Numbered from the stretch's first letter, positions 1 to 12,986 are shown. The stretch is DNA of 64,000 bases from Curvularia clavata (GCA_023920165.1 CP089276.1:1426001-1490000), one strand, 5' to 3'. Notes: generated from the sequence alone by a model not told the origin. Program-made: numbers and translations.

Positions 1-3000
1 TTCACGAGCGGAAGGATGGGCATGCTAATCTGCTCCATATGCTTCGCTAGATGTACCGTCAATTTCTTCCAACTGTTGCAAATGTTCCCGCAAAATCGAC
101 ATGGCTCATCCTTTGGTTGCTTTTCAGTGTCACGGCGGCACCGTTCGACAATGGACCAAATGTCATCTGTACGAGTGTCAATATTTACAGCAATATTAAG
201 TGGCATCTATCTCACCTTGATCATGAGTCGGTGGAGCTTCTTTGTTGCCAGCTCGGCCAGTGCGTTGTCTAGGTTCAGCAATCTTGTGCTCACGTACAAG
301 ATGTTGCACGAAGTTGTCCTTGCGATAACAAACGTGGTTGCAGTCGGAAATCTGGCATTTCCAGTTCTCAAGCTGACGATGTCGCTCATTCTCGTGGCGA
401 ACCCAATCAGCCTTGCGCTTGAATGACTTTGGTTCGCCGCAATTGGGGAAGGTACATGTAAAGGGCTGCACATCTTCATGGACATGTTTAGTCCAGTCCG
501 AAGGCTTGTAAAATTTCTTCACCTTGAAACACAAGGGACATTCAAACTCTGCAGGAAGACGCTTGACTGGAGGGAGAGGCACCCCCGACGGAAATGCGGC
601 AGAAACAAGGTTTCCCTCTACCATATTCTCACCGTCGTCGTCGGAACCACCGGGAACGGCGACTTGGAAACCAATGAATGGGGTATCGGCTTCTTTGGCC
701 CCTGTTCGTGGAGGAAGCAACTTTGCCTCTCCACCCAGATCCGTGCAGAAGCCGCCTGATGAGCACTTCTTGTTCTGTACAGCATTCAGGTGCTTCACCT
801 TAAATTCCAAAAGTCTCTTGTATCTCCTCATTTGCTCTTGAGTAATACGCTCGACCATGAAGTCAGCCAGGCGCGGATTGAGCTGCCGGGCATTTGTCCT
901 GAAACCCTCATAGGTTGGGATGATAGGGTCAGTGCGAACCGTAAGGTCCATTGTCACTGGATCATGGTCGTCATCGTCGTCATCTCCCGCTGGACTTGGT
1001 TGGGCAGAAGGCTTCGTCACTTCCGTGTCCGCAAGAGGAGAGGCAAGCATAGGCATTGGTGGACCCCCATGCTGTGTCATGAGCTCCGCCAAGCCAGGTG
1101 ACCTACTGATATCACTCCTGCTCCTACTACGTTTGATAACATTCCTAGGACCCTTGTACCACGGACTCGCTGCAGCTGCAGTCAAGCCAGTAGAACTAGG
1201 TGGGCCACCATCTTTGCTATGATTGCTGAAGCTGGTGTCTACTCGAGGTGATTTTGGGCGACCCCAGCTACTCATACGCTTTGGTTTCTCAATAACGGGC
1301 TCTTTCTCTTTAGACTTCTCCGAGGATGCATCCGACTGCTGTACGGGTATGCTACTCTTGCGTTTGAGCAAGTTGCTTGGTGCACGCTTGGGAAGGATGG
1401 TCTCCAAAAAGCTAGGGCGGCGTTGCCGCTCTTTACTCTTTTTGGGATCAGGTTCGATCAACTTTGCCACGCCTGGTGAAGCGCGAAGGCTACCAAGATC
1501 GGACTCGCTCAGACGACGTGATCCTACTGTGGCAGCAAGCGAAGCCTGCTCAATGTCCTTTGCTCTCAACCGGAATCGCATCATGGCAGCATTTGAGGTT
1601 GGCGGTTGGTAATGGATAGGAGGGTTGGATGTCTGTGGCGCCGCAGAGGGTACATCGACCCATGGTTTCACGATAGCGCCATTTTCCGAGATAATTTCAT
1701 GCGTGGGCGGGAAGTAAGGGTTTTCGATATGACTTGCACCAACGTCGATCATAGCAGGCGGAGACTCTGGCTCCAGAGACTCGTCATCTTCGTAATCGTA
1801 GTCACCAAAATCGCTTCGCTCGTCAATGTATACTCCGGGTCCAGGTATACCAGTGTCGTCGACACGATCAAAATCCGTATGCACGCCGAGACCAAAACTG
1901 CTAGATAGCGCTTGTCGTTGAATATCATTATGACTCTTCGCTCGACGCCGACCAGTGAAAGGCTTCAGTAGGTTATTTGCAGGCTCCACGTCGCCTGCTT
2001 CGCTTCCGACCTCGCTCTTGGTGAGCCATTCCTGCACTTCAAGTTTCTTTTCTTCCTTGGATCGTTGTTCGGCAATCTCTTCTATACTAGGGACCAGCAT
2101 ATCCCTCATCTTTAGGCGATCATCAGGACTGAGGCCCGTTTGACCACTTCCCTGCGGCGCCAACCATGAGCCATCGTCGTTGCGTTCCGGCCCGCTGGTC
2201 ACTGGTTGGATATATACCCGTTCTTGTGCAACCGATTCATCGTCCGAGGCATCGTTATGCGCATAGGGCGATAGATGGTTTCCGGAATGGCGACTGCTGA
2301 AGCTTCGTCTGCTGACAGATCTACTGTTGTCTGAGCGTGATGGTGACCCTTCTCTGCTGCTGCTATAGTTCTCTACGCGTACGATGGGGCTCGTCATATG
2401 ACGCGTAAGGGATTGGATGTTGACTGATGGTACATTTCCAGGGCTATTTGTCAGCGCCGGGCTTTGCGTCTGTTTCATGGGTGTCGTCGTGTGCTGGAGA
2501 TGACTCGCGTGGTTCGGTGGCGTTGACACGTTTCCGTTGTACTGTGTCGAAGGAAATGTAGAGCCATCGTCCCCTAACGCTGGGCTAGAATTGTTCGTTG
2601 CACTAGGTGATAGCAATTGCTGGCGTGGATCTAATGAAGTAAAGGATTGAGTCATTGCCGGCTGAGCATTGTACATGTTTAGGGAGCCGGTGGTTAGCGC
2701 CGACATGTCAATGTTCCCTTGGAACGCTGAGAAGTTGCCGGATGGGTTGCTGTCGGCGAAATTCATAGCGGAGAAGTCGTCCAAGATTTGCCCATTTAAA
2801 TTTGGCGTTGGGCATGTGCTTGGGTCCTGATAGTTGGGATCACTGATGTAACCAGCTTCGGGACTGAAATGCTCCACTGATTGCTCAGGGGAGATGTTTT
2901 GGCCGTTTCCGTAAAAAGGTTTTGGGGAAAGATTGTAGTTCTGCAACTGGTTGTAGAGATTTGGCGGGGGGTATGACATGTCCTGATGTAAGGAAGAGTC

Positions 3001-3243
3001 GAGAGAGGACCCGATATGTGGAGTGAAGACGGAGTCTTGTCCAGGAGTACTGGACGATGCTATTGACCCATCATAGACCATGGATGTGGGTTCCGCCGAA
3101 AGCGTGAATGTGCCTTGCGCTTCTGGCATCAGAAAGTTGCTGGTGGCAGGCGTGGGGTGATAGCCGTTAGCCTGCACGTCCTGAACGGGGCGTGGCTGGC
3201 GGCGGTCCTCTGGGTAAGGCTGTGTATGAGTGTCGACCTGCAT
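1..3243 (-). CDS. C2H2 zinc-finger protein/transcription factor; 3' end runs off the window start
   Basis: 1015-aa ORF with tandem C2H2 fingers (CPLC..H..H, CTFPNC..HENERH, CQISDC..HLVREH). Intron 167..215 (GTGAGA...ACAG) leads to a further exon with CRFC..HLAKH that continues past position 1. Confidence 0.85.
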
Positions 3244-5740
3244 CGTTTCTCCGATTGCGCTGGGCGGCCAGCAGGCTGACTCGACAGTAGACTAGATCAA
3301 AAGAACCCAAAAATGGTAGCGAAGAACGAGGCGAAGCGAAACGGTAACGTGACACTTTTAAGATTGTTCAGGGTGGCATAGTGCTGCCTGGTGAGTTGCT
3401 AATGAAGGTTGTGCGAGAGCCACAATGGCAGGAGAGGAGGATGAGGAGGGGCAAGTGTCGCAACACTTTCAGACGTGCAAATAGATCACCTGAAAGGCAA
3501 ATTGAGGGCGGGGGAGGAAAATATCGCGGTGTGGCCGAAGGCAAAAGAGGCCTGGCGGGTGAGACTTGATACCGGCCGGCGATCTGCCTTGCACTGGACG
3601 GAACGCTGGAGATGCTGTGGCTGGAGGCGGTGCGGGCACTTTAAGGTGGTGACAGGGTCGGGATGGGATTTGAGCCAAATTTGGGGACAGTGCGCGCGAG
3701 TAACAGGAGGAAGAGAGGCAATTCCTGGGCTGGTTGGCAGAAACACAGTCAAACTCGAAGTTGACGGTGCAGCTAGCCGCAGCAACGTGGGAGAGTTGGA
3801 GGAGGGCCCGGTCAAGGCGGATTTCCCCAAAAAGTCCAGAATGGTAAGACCGGGGTGGAGCGACGCACGCCAAGCGGACCTTTGTCCGTGAGGTCGAGGC
3901 AATGCGGGCGCAGGGTGTCCTGACGTTTGGTAAGTCGTGAGTGATGTGCAGGCTGGGTGAGAACAAGCGCGACGGTGCGACGGCAACTGTGAGCTTGACT
4001 GGCGCCTCGAGGCAGATTTGCAGATGCGTGACACGGTCTTGGCAAGCTTGATGCAAACGGCACAGCCTCAGTTGCTATACAGAGGCGGGAGCAGGGGGCA
4101 AGTTACGGGGCGAGCGGGTGGCAGTGCCTCCATCTCATACCATATGGAGAAATTGGTACCTCGCACGGTCTGAAGCGGCTCTTCTTGTGTATTCTTGTTA
4201 GTACTGTATTGCAAACAAGCGTTGTTGTCGCAGCCAGCATTGCATGTTTGGGGCATACGATCATGTCGACCTTCGCGGTGCCCGCGCGACGCTGCCCACC
4301 GGCATAGGCTGGCGCTTAGCGGGTTTGCAGCCGCTGCGCATGCTATATAAAGGCTGGCTTGGCTTGCCGTTGGGCCTCAGATGGAATGCATGCCATGACA
4401 GCATACGCCTCTCGTGGCACGTTGGCAGGCTTGACGTGCCGTTCCTCGCGGTCGACTCGTGCTCATGCTCGTGTGCGATGACATTGGGCTGTCACTGGGA
4501 CGAAGCCTCTCTCTATCCACTGCCACGAGCGGCGGGTAAGGCAGCGGGCTAGTCGCTGAGCCCCAGTTTCATCGAGCGGTGCCGAACAGCGCCCTAGAGG
4601 GCAGTGGGGCGACTCGGAAATATGGCAAGACAGCCCGTGGACCTGCTGTCTTGAGCATGCACTGCCGTGGTACCAGCTGCTTGGCTCGAGGATGTCCGCT
4701 GTCATATATATGGTGGTTGGCGAGTAAATCTGAAGCCGCAAAGCGAAGGCCCTTGCAACGCGCCGGTCGTGTGCTGGGAACGCATTGCCGGCTATGCAGT
4801 TACAAGCCTGCCGGCTTGCCATTGGTGGGATCCTGTAGTAGGCGGCACATGGTTGGTGGCCAGTCCATTGTCAAAATTGGGCAAAAGGTTGATCAGAGGC
4901 CCGTCTGCCAGCATCGACATGGCGATATAGAGTAGCAGCTCAGTTGCTAGCCAGCGCAAGGTGCCCGCAGCCTCCCTACAGTGAGTTTGGCGGCTGGAGT
5001 AGCTGACGTCATTGTCAAGGTCGTCGTGGTGTAGAAACGGCACTTGTCTTGACTTGGCTCTCCGCATCCCAGTGGGTTGGCTGTTCCGAAAGTCGTTCAC
5101 GCGAGAGGTGAATCCAGTGGTGGTGATGGTGTTGAGGTCAGCACGAGTCTAGCCACCTGAGCAGAGTTGCTCCTGCCATGTCGCAGGGCAGGCACGACGG
5201 GCGGCCCTTCTAACGGCACCGGATACGGCTATCCACTTTCGGCGGAACGGAGGCTAAGAGCAATGCATCCACTTTGTTTCCCCAACCCAGCTGTCCGCCA
5301 AAATGCCACGACAAGCACACCAGACGGCTGTCACTCTTGCTCCTCATTCTTCCACTGCCTCTCCAGTCCAACTTCTACACGCCTGCATTCGCCACTCCCC
5401 TTCCCCGCCCCAGTGTCCGCGAGCCTGTGTGCATGAGTGGCTGCGTTTGCATGTGACAGCATCACCAGGCTAGACAAACCCAGCGCAAATCACCGTCCCA
5501 AACATTGGGAGCTTTCACTGCCCGTACCACGACTGTGCTCATCTCCTCAGACTGGAAAGCACAGTCTTCTGCGTAACGAAAAACGGACCTGTTCTCGCAA
5601 CAGCTGAAGCTAAAACCACGATATTGTCCCCGTTGGCGCGTGACGATTGCGCCCTCTCGACATTAATCAAAAAGATTGCCATTGCCTCTGCGCACTGGTG
5701 AATTCAGGCTTTACAGACACACACAGCTCGCATTCTAAGA

Positions 5741-6952
5741 ATGCCTGGACTCAACGAGGTCATCCCACGGCCCGACTCGAGGGACCTCCTCCCGCCGCTC
5801 CTCGCCTGCTTGTCGACAGCAAAGGCATCCAAAGACGTACCTCCAGGTCTCCTTCCTCTTCTCTCGCCCATCCTTCGACAGCGGGTCCAGCTTCTATCCT
5901 CCAACGACTGGCTCCCTCTGCTATCTTGGGATCAGGAAGTTGCATCTCGGCTCCCAGCAGCCATTGAAAAAATTAATGTCGAGCCACATCCCTCTTCGGG
6001 CGAGATCGAGGTCGAAGAGCCGGATAAGATCCTGTACCGACGATCAGACGCCGAGACACTACATGCGAGACTGGTACTGGGCGAATATGGAATTATACCT
6101 ACCTATCTTTGGTGCACAGGCGGTGAAGGAGGCAGTCGCTGGTTGTTGGCTGAGCTGAGAGGAATATCAGACGCCGAGGACGGTACCGAATGGTTTGCGA
6201 GCGTCGACGAGGCAAATGAGGCCGGCTTCAGGCGAAAATCAAGCACTACAAAGAGCAACGGCGTCAAGATCCAGCAAACAGCACCGCAGCCAGAGGTGGC
6301 TGTGGAGGAAGATGAGGATGATGGCTCGTACTGGGCTGCCTATGATCAGACCCCTGGAAGAACACCGCAACCCAGACGCTCTCCTGCCCCAGTAAACAAC
6401 AATCGAACACAAGTTGGCCCTACACAATCAGAGCTGGAGTACTTTGCACGGTATGCCACGGAGGTGCAGCCTGCGCTTGACGCTCATGATCCTGATGAAG
6501 AAGGCCCAGCCGCTGGAGAGTCTACGCTGGATGGTAATGCTCTCAGCTACGCCCGTCAACTTCAAACCGAACCTCTCGATACATCCAATCTCGGCCCAGG
6601 TGGCTACGACTCATCCATGCCACCGGCGCACTTGAATGGGCTCACTAACGGTAACAATGTTCACAGTAATGATAGTCCCGTCCGCCAAGAGCCCATAAAC
6701 CAAGAGCAGGATGCAACGGCCAATGCCTTGAACCATCCCCGACCCTCGTCTTCTGCGTCCAGCAACTCGGTCGAGAGGCTTGAACGGAGCGCAGAAAGCT
6801 CCAGTCAGGCGGAGCTTGCTATTAAACAGCATATCAGTACAGACATCAAAAGCCTGTTCCGGTTGGCTAGGGCTTCGGGGATCGAGAGGGAAGAGTTTGA
6901 GAGAATCATTCAACGAGAACTGGAGATTCTGCCCATGCTGGAGCAAGAATAG
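5741..6952 (+). CDS. Fungal hypothetical protein (403 aa)
   Basis: Long intronless ORF with a structured-looking N-terminus, acidic/low-complexity middle and helical C-terminus. No family recognised. Confidence 0.8.
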   Translation: MPGLNEVIPRPDSRDLLPPLLACLSTAKASKDVPPGLLPLLSPILRQRVQLLSSNDWLPLLSWDQEVASRLPAAIEKINVEPHPSSGEIEVEEPDKILYRRSDAETLHARLVLGEYGIIPTYLWCTGGEGGSRWLLAELRGISDAEDGTEWFASVDEANEAGFRRKSSTTKSNGVKIQQTAPQPEVAVEEDEDDGSYWAAYDQTPGRTPQPRRSPAPVNNNRTQVGPTQSELEYFARYATEVQPALDAHDPDEEGPAAGESTLDGNALSYARQLQTEPLDTSNLGPGGYDSSMPPAHLNGLTNGNNVHSNDSPVRQEPINQEQDATANALNHPRPSSSASSNSVERLERSAESSSQAELAIKQHISTDIKSLFRLARASGIEREEFERIIQRELEILPMLEQE

Positions 6953-7245
6953 TTGTAAATCGAGAAAAGGAGACGACGGAAGATTGAACAATTGACGCAG
7001 GGCGAAAAGTTTGTTCCCAGTACCATTCGGAGGCATTCTGCATCAACATGACTTATCATAGCATTCTAACATGACGACAATGGTATCAATGATTATTCAA
7101 CTCTTTTGTTTTTTTGCAGCCAACAAAGCTGAACTAGTTGTGAGAGTAGGCATATCGGCGATGCCCTCAATTCCACCACACAAAAAATTCCTGACCTCAA
7201 TACTCTGACATTCTCAGTCCATGGGTTCCAAAGCATGCTGGCCGT

Positions 7246-8069
7246 CTACCTCCGCCTCTGCGCCTCTCCACTTGCAAACTTGGCACCACTAGCCTTCAGC
7301 TGCTGCAAGATATCCACCGCATTCGAGCTGTCCAAGTTCAGTGTCGTATTCATACCGCTTCCCCGGCCAATCTCCTCAACTACGTTGTTTGGATCCGCCG
7401 CACCAACGATTGGAATCTCAGACGCCAGCCACTGTTGGAAGGGCTTGGCAACAAAGTAGCCGTCCTCGGTAAACCAGCGGGTCATGGGCGCGCGAATGTG
7501 GATAGTTTGCTTTGGGTTCGACTTGTAAGGAGCGGGTGTGAAGACGACGTCGCATTCGTAGATGGGAATATGTTTCTTCGTCCACGAGGAAATCCTGATC
7601 TGTACACACCAGGTCTGTTAGCATCTTGTCGTGCATAAACCAAGTCTACTAGGAAATAAACCCTTCTCAATTGCGAGATTACGTGCCTTGCCTGTCTTTC
7701 CTTCGCCCTCGTATACGAGACCCTTTTCGACAAACCAGAGCCAGTAGGTAAACGCGGTGTTGAGTGCAAAGTAGGCGACTACGGCTGGTAGAGTAAACGG
7801 CTTGCTAGCTTCCCAGCCGAATTTCCAGTCGTAATAGAAGAGGGCGCCGGCGATGGTAACGGCTGTGTAGCCGAGAACTAATCGTATGTCGGTGCTGGTG
7901 TGGATTTGCTTGAACTTGAGGCTGTTGAGGTAATTTGGCAGGGCATCGTCTGTTGTACTCTTGAGATCTATTCGTAAAGTAAAAATATTAGTACCCTAGA
8001 GTTGACCGAGCTGTACACACAGGACGTACCTGGCAGCGAGTGCACAGCGATTTTCTGGGTCGCCGACAT
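7246..8069 (-). CDS. SPC2: Signal peptidase complex subunit 2 (SPC25 family), 3 exons
   Basis: Spliced reading MSATQKIAVHSLP/DLKSTTDDALPNYLNSLKFKQIHTSTDIRLVLGYTAVTIA... with two TM segments, ending ...TRWFTEDGYFVAKPFQQWL...RRR*. The LKxxxDDA and FxxDGYF motifs are typical of SPC25. Confidence 0.88.
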
Positions 8070-8395
8070 GTTTCCTGTGTTAAGGCTGTCGGGCGCAAAC
8101 GGGGCACAACGAATAGCAGAATCGAACGGCGTGAATTTGTACAAGCCCCAGACGCGCTTTCCGAGGGCGGAGACGGGTGATGGGGTAGCTTTCTTTGGTG
8201 GGTGGATGGGACACCTTTCCATAAGGGCAGAGCGCGCGGACCCTGGTCATCCCGCCGGAGCCTCAGCGGCGGCGGAGTAGTTCTCGACTTCGTTCCTAGG
8301 TCCAAGGACAACCACCGACTTTGAATATCGACCTCCCCCCTCCCCCACCCCCCAACATCCACTGCATCACGCGCAATTCGTCTGTCCTCTGCACG

Positions 8396-9653
8396 ATGGG
8401 GCAGCCGGTAGTCCAGACGATCCATAGGGATCCTGCCTTGTTGTATGTTCATTTGGCATCTATTGTTGCGACGAGACGAAACATGGCTGATAGTTCTGCA
8501 GTTGGTGGATTCTCCTCCCCATCACAGTGGTCATGGTGCGAATTACGTTCTATATACATCTTGACTCGGTCTAACATCTGTATAGATTCTCACTGGTATC
8601 CTCCGCCACTACGCCATGACACTGCTCCAGACGACACCCAAGAAGCAAGACGTGCACAAGATCCGGCAGCAGCGCTCGCTCGTCCGCGGCGTCAACCTGC
8701 GCACGAACGCGAACGTCATCTCTCCTGCTTCATTTGCGACGCGCAAAGCATACATGGTGCAGGCCTTTCAGGAGGGAAAGTTCCTGGCTGAGCCTGAGTT
8801 GAGGGGGAAACCCAGACCCAATCCTATGAGCGACCCCGCGGCTATGGAGGGCATGATGGGCATGATGAAGGGGCAGATGACTATGATGATTCCCCAGACA
8901 CTGATTATGGGGTGGATCAATGCCTTTTTCTCTGGCTTTGTCATTAGTAAGTGTGCTTCTCATTCATGGTCTACTTGAGGGGGCGCTATATTGAGGCCGA
9001 TGCTGGACACACGTATTGCGGCAGCTAGCGTGGCTCTTACCTTATGTGGCTGTTGCATATATTGAGAGCTTCGCTGGATACAAGCTTTGCAGCGGCTGCC
9101 CCAGCTTTCGCTTTGCCTGGCGATTGTATACATGGAGAAGCGAGCGTCATCATCTCCCATGGATGCGATTGGTAGGCCTGCATACAGCTCCTGCATTTCA
9201 TGCATCTCTTGCACTGGAAAAGCAATAGGCGTCATGCTAACGTGCGCTACTCCACAGTGAAACTTCCCTTTCCATTGACGCCACAGTTCAAGTCTATGCT
9301 CCAGTCTGGAGTAGGAACTCGTGACCTTGATGTCAGATGGGTGTCCAGTTTGTCCTGGTACTTCCTCACTTTGTTCGGACTCCAGCCCGTGTACAACTTT
9401 ATTCTGGGAAGCAACAATGGTATGATGTTAACAGCCCTTCTTTCGCTTGTGTCAAGCTAATAGTGGTTCTTCAGCCGCCAACCAAGTTTCACAGCAGATG
9501 GCCATGGCGAATCCAGGTGCTGGTGGCATGATGGGCCCTGAGCAGGACCCCGACAAGCTGTTTTTGAACGAAGCTGAGAACCTGGAGGTGCTGGAGCACC
9601 GATGGATACTAGAGGGAATCGAAGAGCGACTTGTCGCTAAACTTGGAGCGTGA
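8396..9653 (+). CDS. EMC3: ER membrane protein complex subunit 3, 5 exons
   Basis: Exons 8396-8442, 8502-8535, 8586-8946, 9258-9419, 9475-9653. Motifs RDPAL.WWILLPI, GWINAFFSGFVIMKLPFPLT, FKSMLQSG and DLDVRWVSSLSWYFL. Confidence 0.95.
9022..9189 (+). ncRNA. Intronic box H/ACA snoRNA (predicted) in EMC3 intron 3
   Basis: Lies in a 311-nt intron (8947-9257); the other EMC3 introns are 50-59 nt. Hairpin 9025-9077, H box ATACAA 9078-9083, second hairpin ~9088-9182, ACA 9184-9186. Pocket strands TACCTT and GAGAG are complementary to LSU rRNA CUCUC-UU-AAGGUA. Confidence 0.72.
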
Positions 9654-11471
9654 CGCCGCAGTACGCCAGGCACTAGCTTCCCCACAGGCACGTAGCCAAG
9701 TGGCGTCCTCGAGTATCTAGGATTGCCTATAAAAATGATCATCCCGTGTTAGCCATGCCTATTCTGATGCCTGGTGGCATACAGCCACCCTTATGATCGT
9801 CTTGATATACCAATCGCACGTCTTTAGTATGGCCTGAGAGCCAAGCTGGATAGCCGCGGAGACAGACGTGTCGAGCAAGGAACGTTTTGCGAGTCGCTAA
9901 CCACAGCAGCTTTGAAACTCTCCCAAGCAATGCACCGAGCCGCCTGCCGCTCCTCTGGCGAATGATAGTTCATGTATATTGACGATGACCACGTCTGGCT
10001 TATCCATACGGTGACGCAGGGGTAACAGCAGGACTGCCACAGGACCTCCAGGTGGGCTGTTCTCAACCTGGTGGGCGCACGTCCTGCAAGCGAGTCCTCC
10101 TCCACACCCCATGTCGCCTGGCCGCCACTCGTCCGTCACCACCACCACGCGAGACGCTCCGCCCCCAAATGCGCCTCAAGAGTCCTTGTCACCTCCGGGA
10201 GATATCCGGCAGATTGCGCCTTCGCCAGCGCACCATGGTGCCTAGCCCGTGAGCCAGGCATAGAGTCGTACGGGACTCACGACTGTTGAGACAGCCTAGG
10301 CGTACCTGCTCACCATCTGCCCCACGAAATAGTCCTCAGCTGTATCCATCCAAAGGACCCGCGGGGACACTATCCGCCAAACCATGCTCTGCCCTATCTG
10401 GATGCCCCAATCGAGCCGTCTAGAGCGAGACGCGCTCCTCCTTTAGTGAGCTATCATGCGACCGCTTCCAATCAAAAATCCCACCACTCCACCCTCCATC
10501 TTCCTCTCGGGACGGGGTTTCCTCTTCATCGGGATCTCCATGTCCCATCAGCCGTCGCTTGTGCAAGATGACCCTCGGAACACGCCTGTCCATTGACGCA
10601 GGTGCGGTAGCACAACAGCGACTAGCAATCAGTCCTTATGCGTGGCCTCCCAATCGAGTGGTCGAAGTTTGGGGTCCAAGTGCTTCGTCATTCTCCCTTG
10701 TGCGCGTCACTCATCGCTTTGCTCACTTTTGGCCCCCAACGGTCAAACTGGTGGGCCGGCACGCGGATTGGCATTTGGACGTGCACATGGGCCGAACCCT
10801 CTTTTGTAGCTGCTCTGCAAGCGACGGGTGTCCGCGGAGTCCAAGTTGGCTTGGTTTCCATCGCGATGCGGCAGTGATCGGCCCAGATGGGAAGATTGCT
10901 TTTGACTTGCAGCTCTCACCCTGGGGCTTATACTCTATCCGCCTTTGACGGCCCTTGCCAGCGACCCAGGAGATAATGGTGGCTGAACAGCTGTGCTTGC
11001 TTGACAGGGGACCCTGTTTACCGGTGAAGCTGAAGCGCGCAGGGTGAACACATGCCAAGCCAAATCAACTTTTATTGGTGGCTTGATGAGGCTCTGCGAA
11101 GGACCTATACGCATAAAGCACTGTGGACCATGAGAGCCTGGGAGATGGAGGTACACCATACGGAGCTCGAGGGCAGTGCAACTCGACTACAAACTTTTCT
11201 AACTTGCTGCCTTGAAAACTCCACCTATTCCTCATAGTTGCACTGCCTCTTTTCCGTTTTGTTACTTCTCTATATCTTTTCCCTTCCCATTCTTGGGGGC
11301 CATATTCGCAAACAGTGTCAGCACGAAGCAACTTCATATTATATGTGTTCTTGATTAAGGTGTCCAAGCCTATAGCCAATGTAAGCTGTAAACTTTGGCG
11401 ATAAACCGTACTTTTTCTTAACACTCCTACTTAGCTAGACGTTTCCAGCCTTCCAGTCGGTTGTCGTTCAG

Positions 11472-12986
11472 ATGTCTATCATGGACGCCCACCAGTTTGG
11501 AGACCTGTCGCAAATGCAGGCGACGGAGGAGCAACGCTTTCCTCTATGGATGACAGCCCAAGATAACTACATGTATTCATACAAGCCGCATGTAGTCCAA
11601 TTCCCCTTGGAAGAAGAGACCTACTTTGACGACCTCGACAATGGCAGCATCAGCGTCCCACCGATGCAGCGCTTCATGAATGACTCATATCCATTCAGTC
11701 ACGGCATGCTACAAGCAAACATACCGTTGAACAGTCAGTACAGGGGACCCATGGAGCAGCAATGGAGCCCAGAAGACTGTTTCCGACAACCCTCGCCCGA
11801 CCGTTCGTCGTCTAGCAACACTAGCCAGAATACTCAAGATGAGCTGCGGTCTCCATACGTATTCCACGCTTCTATGTATACTAGCCCAATGGAGTACTCC
11901 CAGTCGTTGTTTTCATGCTCCTCAACAGAACAATTTCAGAGTGGACCGTTTCAATTCGACACTCCACCGTTTGGAAGTAACTGCACCACTCTTCGCGAAA
12001 TCGAGTACAACCCTGTATCAGAGGTAGTTGCGGAGGAACCTGAAGATGTCATTGTCAAAAAAGAGGTCGTCTCCAGCCACGAGCATGGAGCAATCCACAC
12101 CAGTGAGGCGCCCGAATACAGCACTTACGCAGACTCAGCAATCGGTCACTCCACACGCGTTGCTCAATCAGTCGAACCAGTCGAATTTGTTGAGGACCCT
12201 TCTTCAGACTCTGAGTACAGTCCGCCGTCTTATCGCTCTGGCAAGAGACGGCGGTCTACAGCATCGAGCAGCGGTTCAAGCCGTACATCGAAACGTCGCG
12301 GACATACTCGGAAAGATTCACACACTGCAAGTCCTACAACATCCACTAAGCCTGAGAAGAAATCCCGCCGGGGCTCGAGGGCCTCCCACAGCTCTGTTGA
12401 ACAGGCAGACCATCGTCGCCCTTTCCCATGCCCTCTCGCCGCATACGGCTGCAAGTCCGACTTCAGCTCCAAGAACGAGTGGAAGAGACACGTCAGCACA
12501 CAACACATCAAGCTCGCCTATTGGCGCTGTGACCTGTGTCCAGAAAGCGTAGACCCAAACGATAACAACGCTGAATACCACAACGACTTCAACCGCAAAG
12601 ACCTCTTCACCCAGCACCTTCGCCGTATGCACGCTATCCCCAAGGACAAGTCCTCTCACTCCGCCAAAGAGTTTCCCGTCACAGAGAGCAATCTCCCTGA
12701 GCACCAGGCTCGGTGCAACCGCTGGCTGCGCGACCCACCGCAGCACTCTAGCTGCCTCTTTTGCCATCGTACATTTGAAGGTGAGAATTCTTGGGAGGAG
12801 CGAATCGAGCATGTGGGCCGCCATCTCGAGAAAGACCATGAGAGTCGCGCAGAGATGCTTGACGTCACTACTTGGATCCTGGATGAGAGACTGGAGCAGT
12901 ATTTAGTTGAGGAGGGTCTTGTCGCGAGAGATGGCAGTGGTTGGAAGATTGGAGATGGCAATCCCTGCAGGGAGTCAGAGGAGTAG
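11472..12986 (+). CDS. C2H2 zinc-finger protein (504 aa)
   Basis: FPCPLAAYGCKSDFSSKNEWKRHVSTQH, WRCDLC...FNRKDLFTQHLRRMH and CLFC..WEERIEHVGRH fingers, plus a basic NLS-like tract. Probable 5'UTR intron ~11381-11434. Confidence 0.88.
   Translation: MSIMDAHQFGDLSQMQATEEQRFPLWMTAQDNYMYSYKPHVVQFPLEEETYFDDLDNGSISVPPMQRFMNDSYPFSHGMLQANIPLNSQYRGPMEQQWSPEDCFRQPSPDRSSSSNTSQNTQDELRSPYVFHASMYTSPMEYSQSLFSCSSTEQFQSGPFQFDTPPFGSNCTTLREIEYNPVSEVVAEEPEDVIVKKEVVSSHEHGAIHTSEAPEYSTYADSAIGHSTRVAQSVEPVEFVEDPSSDSEYSPPSYRSGKRRRSTASSSGSSRTSKRRGHTRKDSHTASPTTSTKPEKKSRRGSRASHSSVEQADHRRPFPCPLAAYGCKSDFSSKNEWKRHVSTQHIKLAYWRCDLCPESVDPNDNNAEYHNDFNRKDLFTQHLRRMHAIPKDKSSHSAKEFPVTESNLPEHQARCNRWLRDPPQHSSCLFCHRTFEGENSWEERIEHVGRHLEKDHESRAEMLDVTTWILDERLEQYLVEEGLVARDGSGWKIGDGNPCRESEE

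Noticed and set aside
3381..5600. Numerous overlapping 60-195 aa ORFs in GC-rich intergenic DNA (also at 26.4-28.0 and 46.0-48.2 kb) and ORFs antisense to real genes
   Set aside because: No recognisable domains or coding-like composition. Such ORFs are expected in GC-rich promoters and as shadows of coding strands.
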